Virus record (IMG/VR): IMGVR_UViG_3300025892_002699
Direction: 5' to 3' (one strand)
From: a virus
DNA length: 64,000 nucleotides
How positions within the stretch are numbered: position 1 is the first letter of the stretch; every line of letters begins with the position of its first letter. This document shows, one piece after another, positions 1 to 9,372 of this stretch. Both the position numbers and the translations under genes were made by a program. Under the pieces are notes generated by a model. The model saw only the letters and a list, made by a program, of their open reading frames with translations. It did not search any database and was not told the DNA's origin.

Positions 1-2
1 CA

Positions 3-455
3 TTGGATCATGACGCTTTGATGAAAGTTGTTGAAAGCAATGAAGGTCAAACGGCATTTGAATTGTATGAAGTATTGCAAAGGAATCTAGCACCTAACAG
101 TGAAGTGATGTTGAATAAATTTCACACAGGTGGCTTTATGCAAAAGGTTCCAACTGACGCAATTGAAATGACACCAAACACTACAACTTCAATTCAGTTA
201 GATGAATTAAACAAAATCATCGCTGAACAAAGAGGTGTAGGCATTGATGACCTAGCAGTTACGCCATCAAATACGGCGGCTCCTACGAAAGTGGCATCAA
301 GTCAAATGTCATCAGCAAGTAAAGAGCAACCTTTAACAGATGAGAAATTAGCGGCAAACTTAAGAAGTGATGCTGATCGTTTGTACAAAGAGGCGGCAAG
401 ATTACGTGCTGAAGCAGAAGAACTTGCGCCAACTACAAAGAAAAAGTCTAAGTAA
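3..455 (+). CDS. Phage hypothetical protein, probably 5'-truncated by the window edge
   Basis: ORF open from the window start; C-terminal coiled-coil-like segment and Lys-rich tail; no recognisable catalytic motif. Confidence 0.6.
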   Translation: MDHDALMKVVESNEGQTAFELYEVLQRNLAPNSEVMLNKFHTGGFMQKVPTDAIEMTPNTTTSIQLDELNKIIAEQRGVGIDDLAVTPSNTAAPTKVASSQMSSASKEQPLTDEKLAANLRSDADRLYKEAARLRAEAEELAPTTKKKSK

Positions 456-461
456 AGCATA

Positions 462-791
462 GTGTCTGTAGTGGTCAAATTCCGTAAAAAACAATTGCCT
501 AAGGAAGTAGTGGCTCATTGGCCCGAAGTGTTTTCGGACCTACACATTGAGTCAATACCAATTGAATATTTGCTGTCTATAAAGGTAGAGTTTAGAGATG
601 GCAAGAATTGGGAAATACGTGTCAAAAAGAACCGTCAGAAGTTGACCAACAAAGAATTAGAGAAGAATATCAAGGAACTGTTTCAACACTATGGAAACGA
701 CATCAAAAACGTGGATTTTAGGATAGATACAAACAAGGTTAAAGCAGACATTCAAAAACGCACTAAAACCTTCTTAAAAAAGCGGAAATAG
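462..791 (+). CDS. Small basic hypothetical phage protein
   Basis: 109-aa ORF starting 6 nt after the previous stop, Lys-rich. Confidence 0.6.
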   Translation: MSVVVKFRKKQLPKEVVAHWPEVFSDLHIESIPIEYLLSIKVEFRDGKNWEIRVKKNRQKLTNKELEKNIKELFQHYGNDIKNVDFRIDTNKVKADIQKRTKTFLKKRK

Positions 792-817
792 TAACTCCAG
801 CAATCTTCGTAGCGGAA

Positions 818-823
818 TAAATA
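818..823 (+). promoter_or_regulatory. Putative late promoter core (TAAATA, T4 TATAAATA-like)
   Basis: AATAAATA upstream of AGGAG RBS and ATG 855; same core recurs before many operon starts; gp55-like sigma is encoded in the window. Confidence 0.55.
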
Positions 824-854
824 CACTATAATATACGTTAGGAGCATATTACAA

Positions 855-1955
855 ATGGCATTACAAATTAGACGTGGAACAGACGCAGAGCGAACTGGAA
901 TAACACCGATAGCAGGTGAATTAATATTCACAACAGATACAAAAAAATTATATGTAGGTGATGGTACTACTGTAGGTGGAAACCAAGTAGACACAACATT
1001 AGCGGCACAATATCTTGCAGTTAACAGCAACATCACTCCAGATGCCAACAACACAAGAGATTTAGGAACAAGCAGTGCAGTTTGGAGAACTGGTTTTTTC
1101 GGAACTGTAGATGCTTCACACATAGACGCTGTATCAATCAACGGTAACATTGTTAGCGGTGATTCTACTGTTATTGTTAATGTTGGTACAGGCACTGTAA
1201 CAGCAGACCTAACAGGTAATGTTACAGGTAATGTTACAGGAGATTTAACAGGTAGTTCAACAGGTAACCATAAAGGTTCAGTTCTTGCTGATGACAATTC
1301 AGTAAGAATAGACAGTGCTACAGACAGAATTACAAACGGTGTGTTAGACTTTGATGGCAGTGTTATTAATCTATTATCAGGTAACGGAATTCAAATAGGT
1401 ACAAACAGTTCAGTGGCAGGTGTTGGTTTAGAAATATACAACACAGATCACACAGTAAGAAATGCACTTAGACTTTATTCAGATGCAGGTAATTCCAACA
1501 CATTCAACTCAATAGAATCATACGCATCTAGAGGATCTGTTGTAACTCCAACTGTGAGTGTTGCAGACGATTCATTATTTGGTTATATCAATTACGGTTA
1601 TGATGGTTCAGCATATGTACAGTCTAGTTTTATTGTAGCAAACGTTGACTCTCAAGCAACAGTGGCTTCAGGTGCTGTTCCAGGAAACATTGTGATAGGA
1701 ACAACTCCAGACAATGGTGTAACAAATAATTTAATATCTATAAACAAAGACGGTAACTTAGGTGTAAACATATTAACTCCAACAGAAAAATTAGATGTTG
1801 TTGGTAACATTAAAACATCAGGCTTTGTACAGTTTGGTTCATTAACCACTACTGAAAGAAATGCTCTTACTCCAGCAAACGGTATGGTCATATACAACTC
1901 AACAGACAATAAATTTCAAGGTTACGAAAACGGCGGTTGGGCTAACCTAATATAA
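855..1955 (+). CDS. Tail fibre / virion protein with Mtd-N-like N-terminus
   Basis: N-term LQIRRGT...GELIFTTDTKKLYVGDG; TGNV repeats; GINILTPTEKLDVVGNI fibre repeat; C-term LTTTERNALTPANGMVIYNSTDNKFQGY. Confidence 0.75.
   Translation: MALQIRRGTDAERTGITPIAGELIFTTDTKKLYVGDGTTVGGNQVDTTLAAQYLAVNSNITPDANNTRDLGTSSAVWRTGFFGTVDASHIDAVSINGNIVSGDSTVIVNVGTGTVTADLTGNVTGNVTGDLTGSSTGNHKGSVLADDNSVRIDSATDRITNGVLDFDGSVINLLSGNGIQIGTNSSVAGVGLEIYNTDHTVRNALRLYSDAGNSNTFNSIESYASRGSVVTPTVSVADDSLFGYINYGYDGSAYVQSSFIVANVDSQATVASGAVPGNIVIGTTPDNGVTNNLISINKDGNLGVNILTPTEKLDVVGNIKTSGFVQFGSLTTTERNALTPANGMVIYNSTDNKFQGYENGGWANLI
1212..1271 (+). repeat. 12-bp-period coding repeat (ACAGGTAATGTT-like x5) encoding TGNV/TGDL
   Basis: acaggtaatgtt acaggtaatgtt acaggagattta acaggtagttca acaggtaaccat. 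Confidence 0.8.
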
Positions 1956-1959
1956 TCCA

Positions 1960-2550
1960 ATGATAGTCCGAATTACAGGACACACAAAAGGCATAGGCAA
2001 GTGTTTACATGATGATCTAATTGCGGAAGGTCATGACGTTGTAGGTTATTCAAGAAGCAATGGCTTTGATATAAGCACTCCAAAATCCAGACAATTAATC
2101 GTAGAAGAATCCAAACAAGCAGATGTATTCATTAATTGTGCTTGGCCCGATGGTGATTTACCAATGACAAAACCTGAACAGTTTGATGGACAAACTGAAA
2201 TGCTCAAAGCAATGATTCAAACGTGGGAAGGCAATAAAGATAAAAAAATTTTAAATTTAAGTTCTAAATCCTGCTACAACGAATCCGACACAAACGACTT
2301 TATGGAAATGTATGGCAATGCCAAAAAAGAACAAAATAAAATTGTAGAAAATCGTATCAATGTGTATGGTCCACATATTCTTAATGTTATATTAGGATGT
2401 ACAGATACACAAATCAGCGAGTACATGCAAGGCAATAAGATTGACCCTAATGAACTTTCCAAGTGGATTATTAAAATGTTACTGTGTGAAACAATGTATT
2501 TTCAAAGTGTAACAATAGATGCCACACAATTAAATTATAAACCTAAATAG
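1960..2550 (+). CDS. Short-chain dehydrogenase/reductase (SDR)
   Basis: TGHTKGIG (TGxxxGxG), FINCA, LSS, catalytic YGNAK (YxxxK). Confidence 0.75.
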   Translation: MIVRITGHTKGIGKCLHDDLIAEGHDVVGYSRSNGFDISTPKSRQLIVEESKQADVFINCAWPDGDLPMTKPEQFDGQTEMLKAMIQTWEGNKDKKILNLSSKSCYNESDTNDFMEMYGNAKKEQNKIVENRINVYGPHILNVILGCTDTQISEYMQGNKIDPNELSKWIIKMLLCETMYFQSVTIDATQLNYKPK

Positions 2551-3685
2551 ATTTTTTCTGTTTTACTTTTGAATCGTCCCAACTTTTCCAAGTCCATTCT
2601 GTAACAGCATAATCAACTTGTTCAGGTTGAAACAAATATCGAGTTGGCACTGTGTCGTGTAAATTATAACCTTCATTTACCACAGCATCTCTCAACATAA
2701 TTTGATGTAGAAAATTAGTAACAGGTTTACCTGGTACAAAATCACACCAAGGACCACATTGTAATTGTTCCATGTCTATAGTTTTAGGATCACTCCATTG
2801 TATTATTCTATGAGTGATTCCATTTATTTTCACCATGTAATGATAAAGATTATCATCTGCTGGTTCTTTTTCCCAAGTCCATCCTTTACGATCGCAAATA
2901 TCTTTTATTAGTTGCACATGGTCACTTAAAAAGAACTGAGGTTCATCAGGAGATCGTCCTATATCAGAGCCTGCTCTAATTCTATATTGCCAGGCTTTGT
3001 TGCCTAATGACTGTATTTCTTCTAACACTTCTTCCATGTGTTCTAAATTTTCTAATGTATATCCTACATAATAAACAAAGATACCTTCAGCAATACAATT
3101 CTCAATTCCTTTTAATTGTTTTTCGTGTACTTTTTTACCTTGATAAGAGTGGTGATTCATTCCAATCATAACCATTCTAGTGCCTGCTTCAGCAATTTGC
3201 TTTACCCATTTTCTGTCAGATAGTTTTACACCATTTGTCAAAATACAAACATCTTCGGGTCTATTAAGTTTTTTTAGAAGTGCTTTAATTTGTTTTATTA
3301 ATTCCGGTAAATCTTTACGCACAGTTGGTTCAGCGCCTGCCAATATCACAGCACCGGCTTCTGCTGAAAATCTATTTTCTATTTGCCATAATATTTGTTC
3401 TATTGGTTTATCTGTGGTTTTATTATCTGGTTTATGATAACAGTGCGGACAATTCAAATTACATTTGTCTGTGACTTCCACCATAATGCCTTGTGGAATA
3501 GAATATCCTGATTTATCATATGTCAAATTGTTGTAAAATTCTTTGTTGGTTTCTACAAGGTAATCACTTACACCATGTTCTGGACAAGTTTTCACAAGAT
3601 GTATACCATCTTCTTTAGTTACTCTTTCTGCTTCACAGTGCCTATAACACACATGGCACAGACTGGTTGTTTTTGTATCTTGCAT
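2543..3685 (-). CDS. Radical SAM enzyme, Tes/GDGT-MAS (MJ0619)-like, with N-terminal rubredoxin-like domain
   Basis: TSLCHVC...KTCPEHG N-terminus; EVTDKCNLNCPHC (CxxxCxxC); AGAEPTVRKDLPELIK; TNGVKL. Confidence 0.8.
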   Translation of the reverse strand: MQDTKTTSLCHVCYRHCEAERVTKEDGIHLVKTCPEHGVSDYLVETNKEFYNNLTYDKSGYSIPQGIMVEVTDKCNLNCPHCYHKPDNKTTDKPIEQILWQIENRFSAEAGAVILAGAEPTVRKDLPELIKQIKALLKKLNRPEDVCILTNGVKLSDRKWVKQIAEAGTRMVMIGMNHHSYQGKKVHEKQLKGIENCIAEGIFVYYVGYTLENLEHMEEVLEEIQSLGNKAWQYRIRAGSDIGRSPDEPQFFLSDHVQLIKDICDRKGWTWEKEPADDNLYHYMVKINGITHRIIQWSDPKTIDMEQLQCGPWCDFVPGKPVTNFLHQIMLRDAVVNEGYNLHDTVPTRYLFQPEQVDYAVTEWTWKSWDDSKVKQKKSI

Positions 3686-3689
3686 AGTA

Positions 3690-4376
3690 TTACTTATAGA
3701 TAGAAATTGCTTTGTTTATAAATGAATCAGGATACACATTCCTAAAACTCTCCAAACACAATATTTGTAACTTGTCAAATGGATATGTTTTATTTGTTTC
3801 AATGCCTAATTCTTTCATTTTGGGTAATAGTTCTTTTTGTCTTTCTTGGGATATATGACTCATATGCTCCTGAACTGTGATAGCAGGTTCGTCTTGTTTG
3901 TATGCAAAGAAATAATTGATTGTTCTCAGTTCTCCATCAATTACAAAATAACTGCTGGGATGAAGACTGTATTTGTAGATGCCAAGTTTTTTGTGTGTTT
4001 CCATTATGTATAACATCTGTTCTTGCCAATTGGGCAACACATCTTCAAATGCTTTACCATGACTCTGTTCCCAAAAATCAACTCCTTGTATTTCAAAATA
4101 TATTTTTTGATCAACAGGATCAAAACGAGTTGTACGAGGAATTAATTGTTTGTAGTCTACATCTAATGTTAATAAAAAATCCTTTTCTCGTGTGTATTTC
4201 ATTTCCATTAACTTGGGATCAACCACTTCATTGTGACCTTTATGATATTCTGAATCATTATGAAACCACATACAAAATTCCGTAGCATCTTCATTTATCA
4301 AACTAGTGTAAATTAAATTGTTTCTACACAGACCTTTGCCAGGCACATTGTTGTAATAATATTTAAAATTAGTCAT
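3690..4376 (-). CDS. Protein-kinase-fold-like protein with degenerate catalytic loop; paralogue of 9365-9991
   Basis: RE..FL, IP, then HKKLGIYKYSLHPSSYFVIDGELRTINYFF aligns with the HxDLHxxN...IDF region of small-molecule/RIO-like kinases but lacks the Asp. Confidence 0.45.
   Translation of the reverse strand: MTNFKYYYNNVPGKGLCRNNLIYTSLINEDATEFCMWFHNDSEYHKGHNEVVDPKLMEMKYTREKDFLLTLDVDYKQLIPRTTRFDPVDQKIYFEIQGVDFWEQSHGKAFEDVLPNWQEQMLYIMETHKKLGIYKYSLHPSSYFVIDGELRTINYFFAYKQDEPAITVQEHMSHISQERQKELLPKMKELGIETNKTYPFDKLQILCLESFRNVYPDSFINKAISIYK
3691..3696 (-). promoter_or_regulatory. Putative late promoter core TAAGTA
   Basis: TATAAGTA on the minus strand, 5 nt before ATG 3685. Confidence 0.45.
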
Positions 4377-4941
4377 AAGTGGGCCACGTCTTCACTTGTT
4401 TTAATTGTTTAAAATATTCATCTGCATTAACACGCCACACTGTTTGTTGTGTGCCTCTATAATTTAATTCTTTCACTTTGGTGTAAACACCTATGCTTTC
4501 TAACGTTGGAGCAACAATTGAATGCACTAGACGTTGTGTGCCTTCTGCATTTTCATTTGTTGTAACATAATAGTTTTTATTAAAGCCTGCCCACATTATT
4601 CCTGCTGGTTGGAAAAATTGTTGGGTGGTTGTTTGATGAGTTTTTATAGTTTCACGAGTACGAACCATTTGATATTCTTTTGGCAATTCATCTGTAAATG
4701 TACATATGCGACAAGCAATACGATAACTGTCAGGACCCATTTCCGGAAACGAATGTGCCGCAGTGGATCCGATCACCTTGCCATTCCACAACAACATCCA
4801 AACCTGATATCTATCTTCTTTAGATAACGAATCTACCAACATTTTTTTGGTTGAATTGTTGACAAATCCTTTTTGGTCGGCTGTATGATAAAACGTTTCA
4901 AGATTTAACTTGTCTGAATATGGTACCAATTTAAAAGCCAT
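4369..4941 (-). CDS. GNAT-fold acyltransferase-like protein
   Basis: VWMLLWNGKVIGSTAAH...YRIACRICT beta-strand pattern typical of GNATs. Confidence 0.45.
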   Translation of the reverse strand: MAFKLVPYSDKLNLETFYHTADQKGFVNNSTKKMLVDSLSKEDRYQVWMLLWNGKVIGSTAAHSFPEMGPDSYRIACRICTFTDELPKEYQMVRTRETIKTHQTTTQQFFQPAGIMWAGFNKNYYVTTNENAEGTQRLVHSIVAPTLESIGVYTKVKELNYRGTQQTVWRVNADEYFKQLKQVKTWPTYD

Positions 4942-4959
4942 AATAAAATATCTGTACTG

Positions 4960-4975
4960 TATTTAAAAGTAAATA
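4960..4975. promoter_or_regulatory. Back-to-back late promoter cores (TAAATA on - at 4960-4965 and on + at 4970-4975)
   Basis: Divergent intergenic gap; the + copy lies 5 nt before ATG 4981. Confidence 0.5.
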
Positions 4976-4980
4976 CTTTG

Positions 4981-5787
4981 ATGATTAGAGGAATTGGCGG
5001 TCGTACATATATCAATTTAGACGAACACATAGACATAGAAGGTTTTAAACAACTGCATACAGAAATGTGTAGAGGTTTTGCTCTTGCTCGTGAATATGCC
5101 AAAGAAGGTACATGGATGTCTCCTGGTTTTGACACCAAAGACATGAGTTACACTTTGAATTGGAAACCAATTTACATGGCACTAGAAGAATACAAAGCAT
5201 TGCCAGAAGATCATCCAATTAGGAAAAATGGCGACGATATGTATTCCAATATAAAAGATTACAAGACACGTAATCAATTCACAAGATATCTTAAAGCAGT
5301 TTTAGGTGCTAACGATCCTTACATATATTATTTTTTATGGGAAGAAGGAGATTGGGATCATAGAAATACAGAAAGAAATATTACAGAAGAAGCAAAATAT
5401 TTTCCTGGTGTGGTTGCTTGGATTAAAGAATTAGTGAACACAGGTGTTATAGAAAGCATAGGCAGAGTAATATTTTTTCACTGTGAACATGATGGTAAAC
5501 CATTTGAACACAGAGATCTAGATGGTAAACACGGCGACAGTCAAGGATACACTGATCACCGTAATGAATTCATACACATAAGATACAGCACAAAAAGAGG
5601 ATTTTACATATGGGATCCTGAAGCAAAAAATAAAACTTACATCAATGCCAATGCGGCATTTTGGAATGATCAAGACTGGCATGGTGGTGATGTCAGCAAT
5701 GAACAAGAATACGGCTTACGAATTGATTGTGTGTTTACAGATAAATTTAGAAAGCAATTGGGCATAGATCATTTATCCAACTATTAA
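4981..5787 (+). CDS. 2OG-Fe(II) oxygenase / cupin-like protein
   Basis: GRVIFF...EHRD (HxD)...WHGG...LRID; ATG 4981 preferred over TTG 4978. Confidence 0.6.
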   Translation: MIRGIGGRTYINLDEHIDIEGFKQLHTEMCRGFALAREYAKEGTWMSPGFDTKDMSYTLNWKPIYMALEEYKALPEDHPIRKNGDDMYSNIKDYKTRNQFTRYLKAVLGANDPYIYYFLWEEGDWDHRNTERNITEEAKYFPGVVAWIKELVNTGVIESIGRVIFFHCEHDGKPFEHRDLDGKHGDSQGYTDHRNEFIHIRYSTKRGFYIWDPEAKNKTYINANAAFWNDQDWHGGDVSNEQEYGLRIDCVFTDKFRKQLGIDHLSNY

Positions 5788-5788
5788 A

Positions 5789-6400
5789 ATGTATCATCGA
5801 TATGTAAAAATACCTGTTGATCACAGAAAGCCTAGTTGCTTTTCATATCAGCCCTCACAGTCAGAAGTTATATTTGTTCCTAAAACAGATATTGATCAAT
5901 CAGTTATCAACTGGATTGAATCTTTTGATATAATTGTATCCAATGTGACTGAAGGTATCTATACACCTCCTAACAACGGAAAGGTTCACATACACAACGA
6001 TACAAGTACAATAACAAATGCAACAAAAATTAATTTTACATGGGGTCCTGATACCAGCACTACAAGGTGGTGGCGTGTAAAAGATGAGTCATTGTGTAAA
6101 ACAGACATCACTGACAGTTCACACATCACAGAAATAGTAAATCCAGACATTGTGGATCATTTTGATGGAAACAATCAGCATCGTGAATTAATTTGTGAAA
6201 GTGAACAGGATTGTGATATGGTGCATGAAAAGGTTATTAATCAGCCCAGTTTGATTAATGTTGGTCAACTGCATTCTACATACAATCCAGATCCCACACA
6301 TGGACGTTGGTCCTTGTGCTATTTTTTACTTAATAAAGATTATACTCATTTACAGTTTGAAAAAGCATTAAATATATTCAAGGGAGTTACATATGAATAA
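5789..6400 (+). CDS. 2OG-Fe(II) oxygenase / cupin-like protein (tandem paralogue A)
   Basis: IHND...INFTWG...PSLINVGQLHSTYN...RWSL. Confidence 0.65.
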   Translation: MYHRYVKIPVDHRKPSCFSYQPSQSEVIFVPKTDIDQSVINWIESFDIIVSNVTEGIYTPPNNGKVHIHNDTSTITNATKINFTWGPDTSTTRWWRVKDESLCKTDITDSSHITEIVNPDIVDHFDGNNQHRELICESEQDCDMVHEKVINQPSLINVGQLHSTYNPDPTHGRWSLCYFLLNKDYTHLQFEKALNIFKGVTYE

Positions 6401-7028
6401 AAACATATATCATCGTTATGTAAAATTGCCGTTTGAGCATAAGTTTCCAGATTGTTTTAAAACAAAGCCTGAAAATATGCGTGGCGAAAATTGGCATGAA
6501 TGGTGTGCTACAAGAGAGCATTGGGATGAAAGGTTTGTGGATTGGCTGAAAGAATATGGCTTGAAACCTTCAAATGTCTGTGAAGCATTTTACAATGGAC
6601 CTAATGGTGGTGGTTTACCTATGCACAATGACGCTCCAACTTTGAATAATTCATCAAACATAAATTTTACTTGGGGACCTCAAGACAGCATAGTAAGATG
6701 GTACAAAGTAAAAGATGAATCTTTAATTCAAACAGAAAGAGACAATACAGATTATCACAATGAGGTTTATTTTAAAGATGTAGATATTGACATTCCTGTG
6801 GACAAATTTTATCATGCAGAAGTTGAAGACTGTGATGTTGTGCATGAAGCAGTGATCAGTCAACCTAGTTTACTCAATGTTGGGCAATTGCATTCAACAC
6901 ATAATTTTAATACAAACGAACCACGTTGGACGTTAAGTTATCACTTGCTGACAATTGAAGACAACACACACATACAATTTGAAGATGCACTAGACTTATT
7001 CAAAGATCTAGCATACGAAAGTAATTAA
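6393..7028 (+). CDS. 2OG-Fe(II) oxygenase / cupin-like protein (tandem paralogue B)
   Basis: MHND...INFTWG...PSLLNVGQLHSTHN...RWTL; shares YHRYVK N-terminus with 5789-6400. Confidence 0.65.
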   Translation: MNKNIYHRYVKLPFEHKFPDCFKTKPENMRGENWHEWCATREHWDERFVDWLKEYGLKPSNVCEAFYNGPNGGGLPMHNDAPTLNNSSNINFTWGPQDSIVRWYKVKDESLIQTERDNTDYHNEVYFKDVDIDIPVDKFYHAEVEDCDVVHEAVISQPSLLNVGQLHSTHNFNTNEPRWTLSYHLLTIEDNTHIQFEDALDLFKDLAYESN

Positions 7029-7034
7029 TATTTT

Positions 7035-7589
7035 TTAGAAACGTCTAACATCAAGTGTAGAAATATACATTGATTCGTTAATAACATAATCAATTGTGCG
7101 TATAATATCTTGTGCAGTACATGTAGGCTCTCCACTTCGATCACCAGTTTTTTCGCCATAGTTTAATACTCTTACAAGACTAAACTTTAATTGCGAACCA
7201 AATGGAGTTTCATTTGCTATCACGTTGTGTACAGCATCTATGTGCTGTTTGTCTTTTAGGTATTGTTTGTCTATGCCTACTTGATCTAATAATTTTTTTG
7301 GAACTTTGGTTGCTAACGAACCTATTGTTATCACTTTCTGCAAAGGTGCGTCTTGAGTCCAACGTTGTTGTAACTTCATTAATAATGTGGATTGTGTAGT
7401 CCCCACGTGTGCCATGTTTAAAAATACATCTCTAGCCAACACTTCACTAACTGTGTCATTAATGCTGTCGGTGTTTGTTAAATCATATCCAGTGGCTCTG
7501 CTAATACCCAAACACTCGTGTGTTTTAGAATAATGTTCATACACATCTTTTCCCATAGGAGATGTATGTCCTGTGATTGCTATTCTCAT
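7035..7589 (-). CDS. SDR-family oxidoreductase
   Basis: IAITGHTSPMG, DVFLNMA, ITIGS, YLKDK (YxxxK); paralogue of 1960-2550. Confidence 0.65.
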   Translation of the reverse strand: MRIAITGHTSPMGKDVYEHYSKTHECLGISRATGYDLTNTDSINDTVSEVLARDVFLNMAHVGTTQSTLLMKLQQRWTQDAPLQKVITIGSLATKVPKKLLDQVGIDKQYLKDKQHIDAVHNVIANETPFGSQLKFSLVRVLNYGEKTGDRSGEPTCTAQDIIRTIDYVINESMYISTLDVRRF

Positions 7590-8164
7590 ATTACTGTAAA
7601 CCTCACAATTTGTATAAATCTGCTATCCTCTTCGAGACCTGATCCGTATTCTTCCAGTTCAAACATTATTGGATGCATTCCTCTGTAATAAAAATCTTTT
7701 TCAGCAAATATTCTTCTACCACCTTCTACTTTTTCATTTACTAATATTGCTTCACCATTCAGTTTGAAATGAAACATTTCATCAAGTATGCCAAATTTTT
7801 CATTAAAACTTTTGTAATCATCGTTGTTGGTTGTGTTTAAGTTGTAACAAAATTGAAAGTTCCAAGTATCTTCTTCTTTGCGGTTTAATTTTATTTCAGC
7901 ATTCAATTTAATACTTTCTTCATTGGCCCAAGTCTGTGTGTTGTCTAGTATTAATGTGTTGTTATCAAGCAGATCAATATCAACTGTACGTTTGATAAAA
8001 CCGTTCTCGGCAGTTTCTTTGCTTGATTGTATGTCTTTAAAAATATTGTTGTTGTTCCAATACACATTTAATTCATCTTTTAGAAGACCTTCTGATACAA
8101 ATTCATTTGCATCATAACTGGATCTCAGCAATGGAAAGTAATCAAATACAAGTTTCTTTTTCAT
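7586..8164 (-). CDS. Hypothetical protein
   Basis: 192-aa ORF with 4-nt overlaps to both neighbours. Confidence 0.55.
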   Translation of the reverse strand: MKKKLVFDYFPLLRSSYDANEFVSEGLLKDELNVYWNNNNIFKDIQSSKETAENGFIKRTVDIDLLDNNTLILDNTQTWANEESIKLNAEIKLNRKEEDTWNFQFCYNLNTTNNDDYKSFNEKFGILDEMFHFKLNGEAILVNEKVEGGRRIFAEKDFYYRGMHPIMFELEEYGSGLEEDSRFIQIVRFTVI

Positions 8165-8274
8165 AATATATCAAATGTTCCTAATATCATACAAACTAAT
8201 ACATAACCTAGGTAGCCTAATAGTAGATAGCCAACAATTCTTTCAGGCCAACTAAAAATATTCTTTTGTTTCAT
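8161..8274 (-). CDS. Small membrane peptide (37 aa)
   Basis: MKQKNIFSWPERIVGYLLLGYLGYVLVCMILGTFDIL; ATG right after the upstream stop at 8276 (the track's longer start overlaps the upstream gene). Confidence 0.45.
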   Translation of the reverse strand: MKQKNIFSWPERIVGYLLLGYLGYVLVCMILGTFDIL

Positions 8275-8275
8275 T

Positions 8276-8830
8276 TTATCTTTTAGTTCCAAAGAAGTTG
8301 AAGATGTATTTGGGTCTTTGTCCGCAGTTGGATCCGGCGTGCCAAGCATTTCTATCTGGCCATTTGTACACATCACCTGCTTTGGCATTGTAATACAAAT
8401 CATCTTCCACAATTAATACGTGTCCAGGGTGTGTATCTTCCATGTGTACATGAAATCTTTCTATGTTGTTTAATTTACATAGTTCTTCTTCGTTGTCCTG
8501 TGTGTCCCAGTGCCAAGGAGCATGATTTCCTTGATGCACAACACTAACCCAACAACTTAAAACATTAACTCCAACGTAATCTGCAAATTTGTCTACAACA
8601 CTTCTGTCAAAATTAGTTTCAGGTATACACATATCCCAACCAATTGTGCCGCCTTCCGATGCCAGTGTGTATCCTGCCTTGTCCCAAGACTCACTGATCT
8701 CTTTTATACCTGGAAGGTCATCTTGCTTGGTGTGTCTTGGTCCTTGATATGCTGGTTTAGAATTTTTTATGGATTCAACAACTGCATTCCAGTCTATAAC
8801 ATCACTACAATTTCCTACGTATTGTTTCAT
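8276..8830 (-). CDS. Asp/Asn beta-hydroxylase-like 2OG-Fe(II) oxygenase
   Basis: APWHWD (HxD), RFHV, WHAGSNCG..PKY. Confidence 0.7.
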   Translation of the reverse strand: MKQYVGNCSDVIDWNAVVESIKNSKPAYQGPRHTKQDDLPGIKEISESWDKAGYTLASEGGTIGWDMCIPETNFDRSVVDKFADYVGVNVLSCWVSVVHQGNHAPWHWDTQDNEEELCKLNNIERFHVHMEDTHPGHVLIVEDDLYYNAKAGDVYKWPDRNAWHAGSNCGQRPKYIFNFFGTKR

Positions 8831-9372
8831 TCTGCGTATGCTAGATAGTTAAAATTAAATTTAGGTACAAGTCCACAATTAGTGCCGCCATGATATGATT
8901 GAAAGTCGGGCCACTTGTGAACATCTCCTTGTTTTTGATTGTACAATGCTTCATCGCCTACTATGAACACATGTCCGGGTGCAGGTTCATTAATCATTGC
9001 TGTGAATCTTACAGGATTGCCTTGCTCTGTGTATTTTTTCCAATCAACGTCCCAATCCCAATGCCATGGAGCAGTTTTACCTGGATATATTTTAGATATC
9101 CAACTCTTGATCATTCTTGGAGCACCAACAAATTCACCAAACTTCTCAGCCACCTCCATTGAAAACTCATTGCCTGGATAATAGTTGATCCATTCTATAG
9201 ATTCTCTGTTGTAACTGCCTATAGTAGATAATGCATCATCAATCTCTTTTAATTCCGGTACATCTTTAACTGGAAGATATTTACAAGCAAGTTTACCTTC
9301 TTGATCCTGCACTTCTTTGATTATTGCATTCCAATCTAATATATCGTTACAGTTGCCTACAAATTCAAGCAT
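8827..9372 (-). CDS. Asp/Asn beta-hydroxylase-like 2OG-Fe(II) oxygenase (tandem paralogue)
   Basis: APWHWD, PGHVFIV, YHGGTNCG..PKF; shares VGNC.D..DWNA with 8276-8830. Confidence 0.7.
   Translation of the reverse strand: MLEFVGNCNDILDWNAIIKEVQDQEGKLACKYLPVKDVPELKEIDDALSTIGSYNRESIEWINYYPGNEFSMEVAEKFGEFVGAPRMIKSWISKIYPGKTAPWHWDWDVDWKKYTEQGNPVRFTAMINEPAPGHVFIVGDEALYNQKQGDVHKWPDFQSYHGGTNCGLVPKFNFNYLAYAE

Noticed and set aside
855-1955. Diversity-generating retroelement suggested by the Mtd-like N-terminus
   Set aside because: No reverse transcriptase, no TR/VR repeat pair and no C-type-lectin-like variable C-terminus seen in the window
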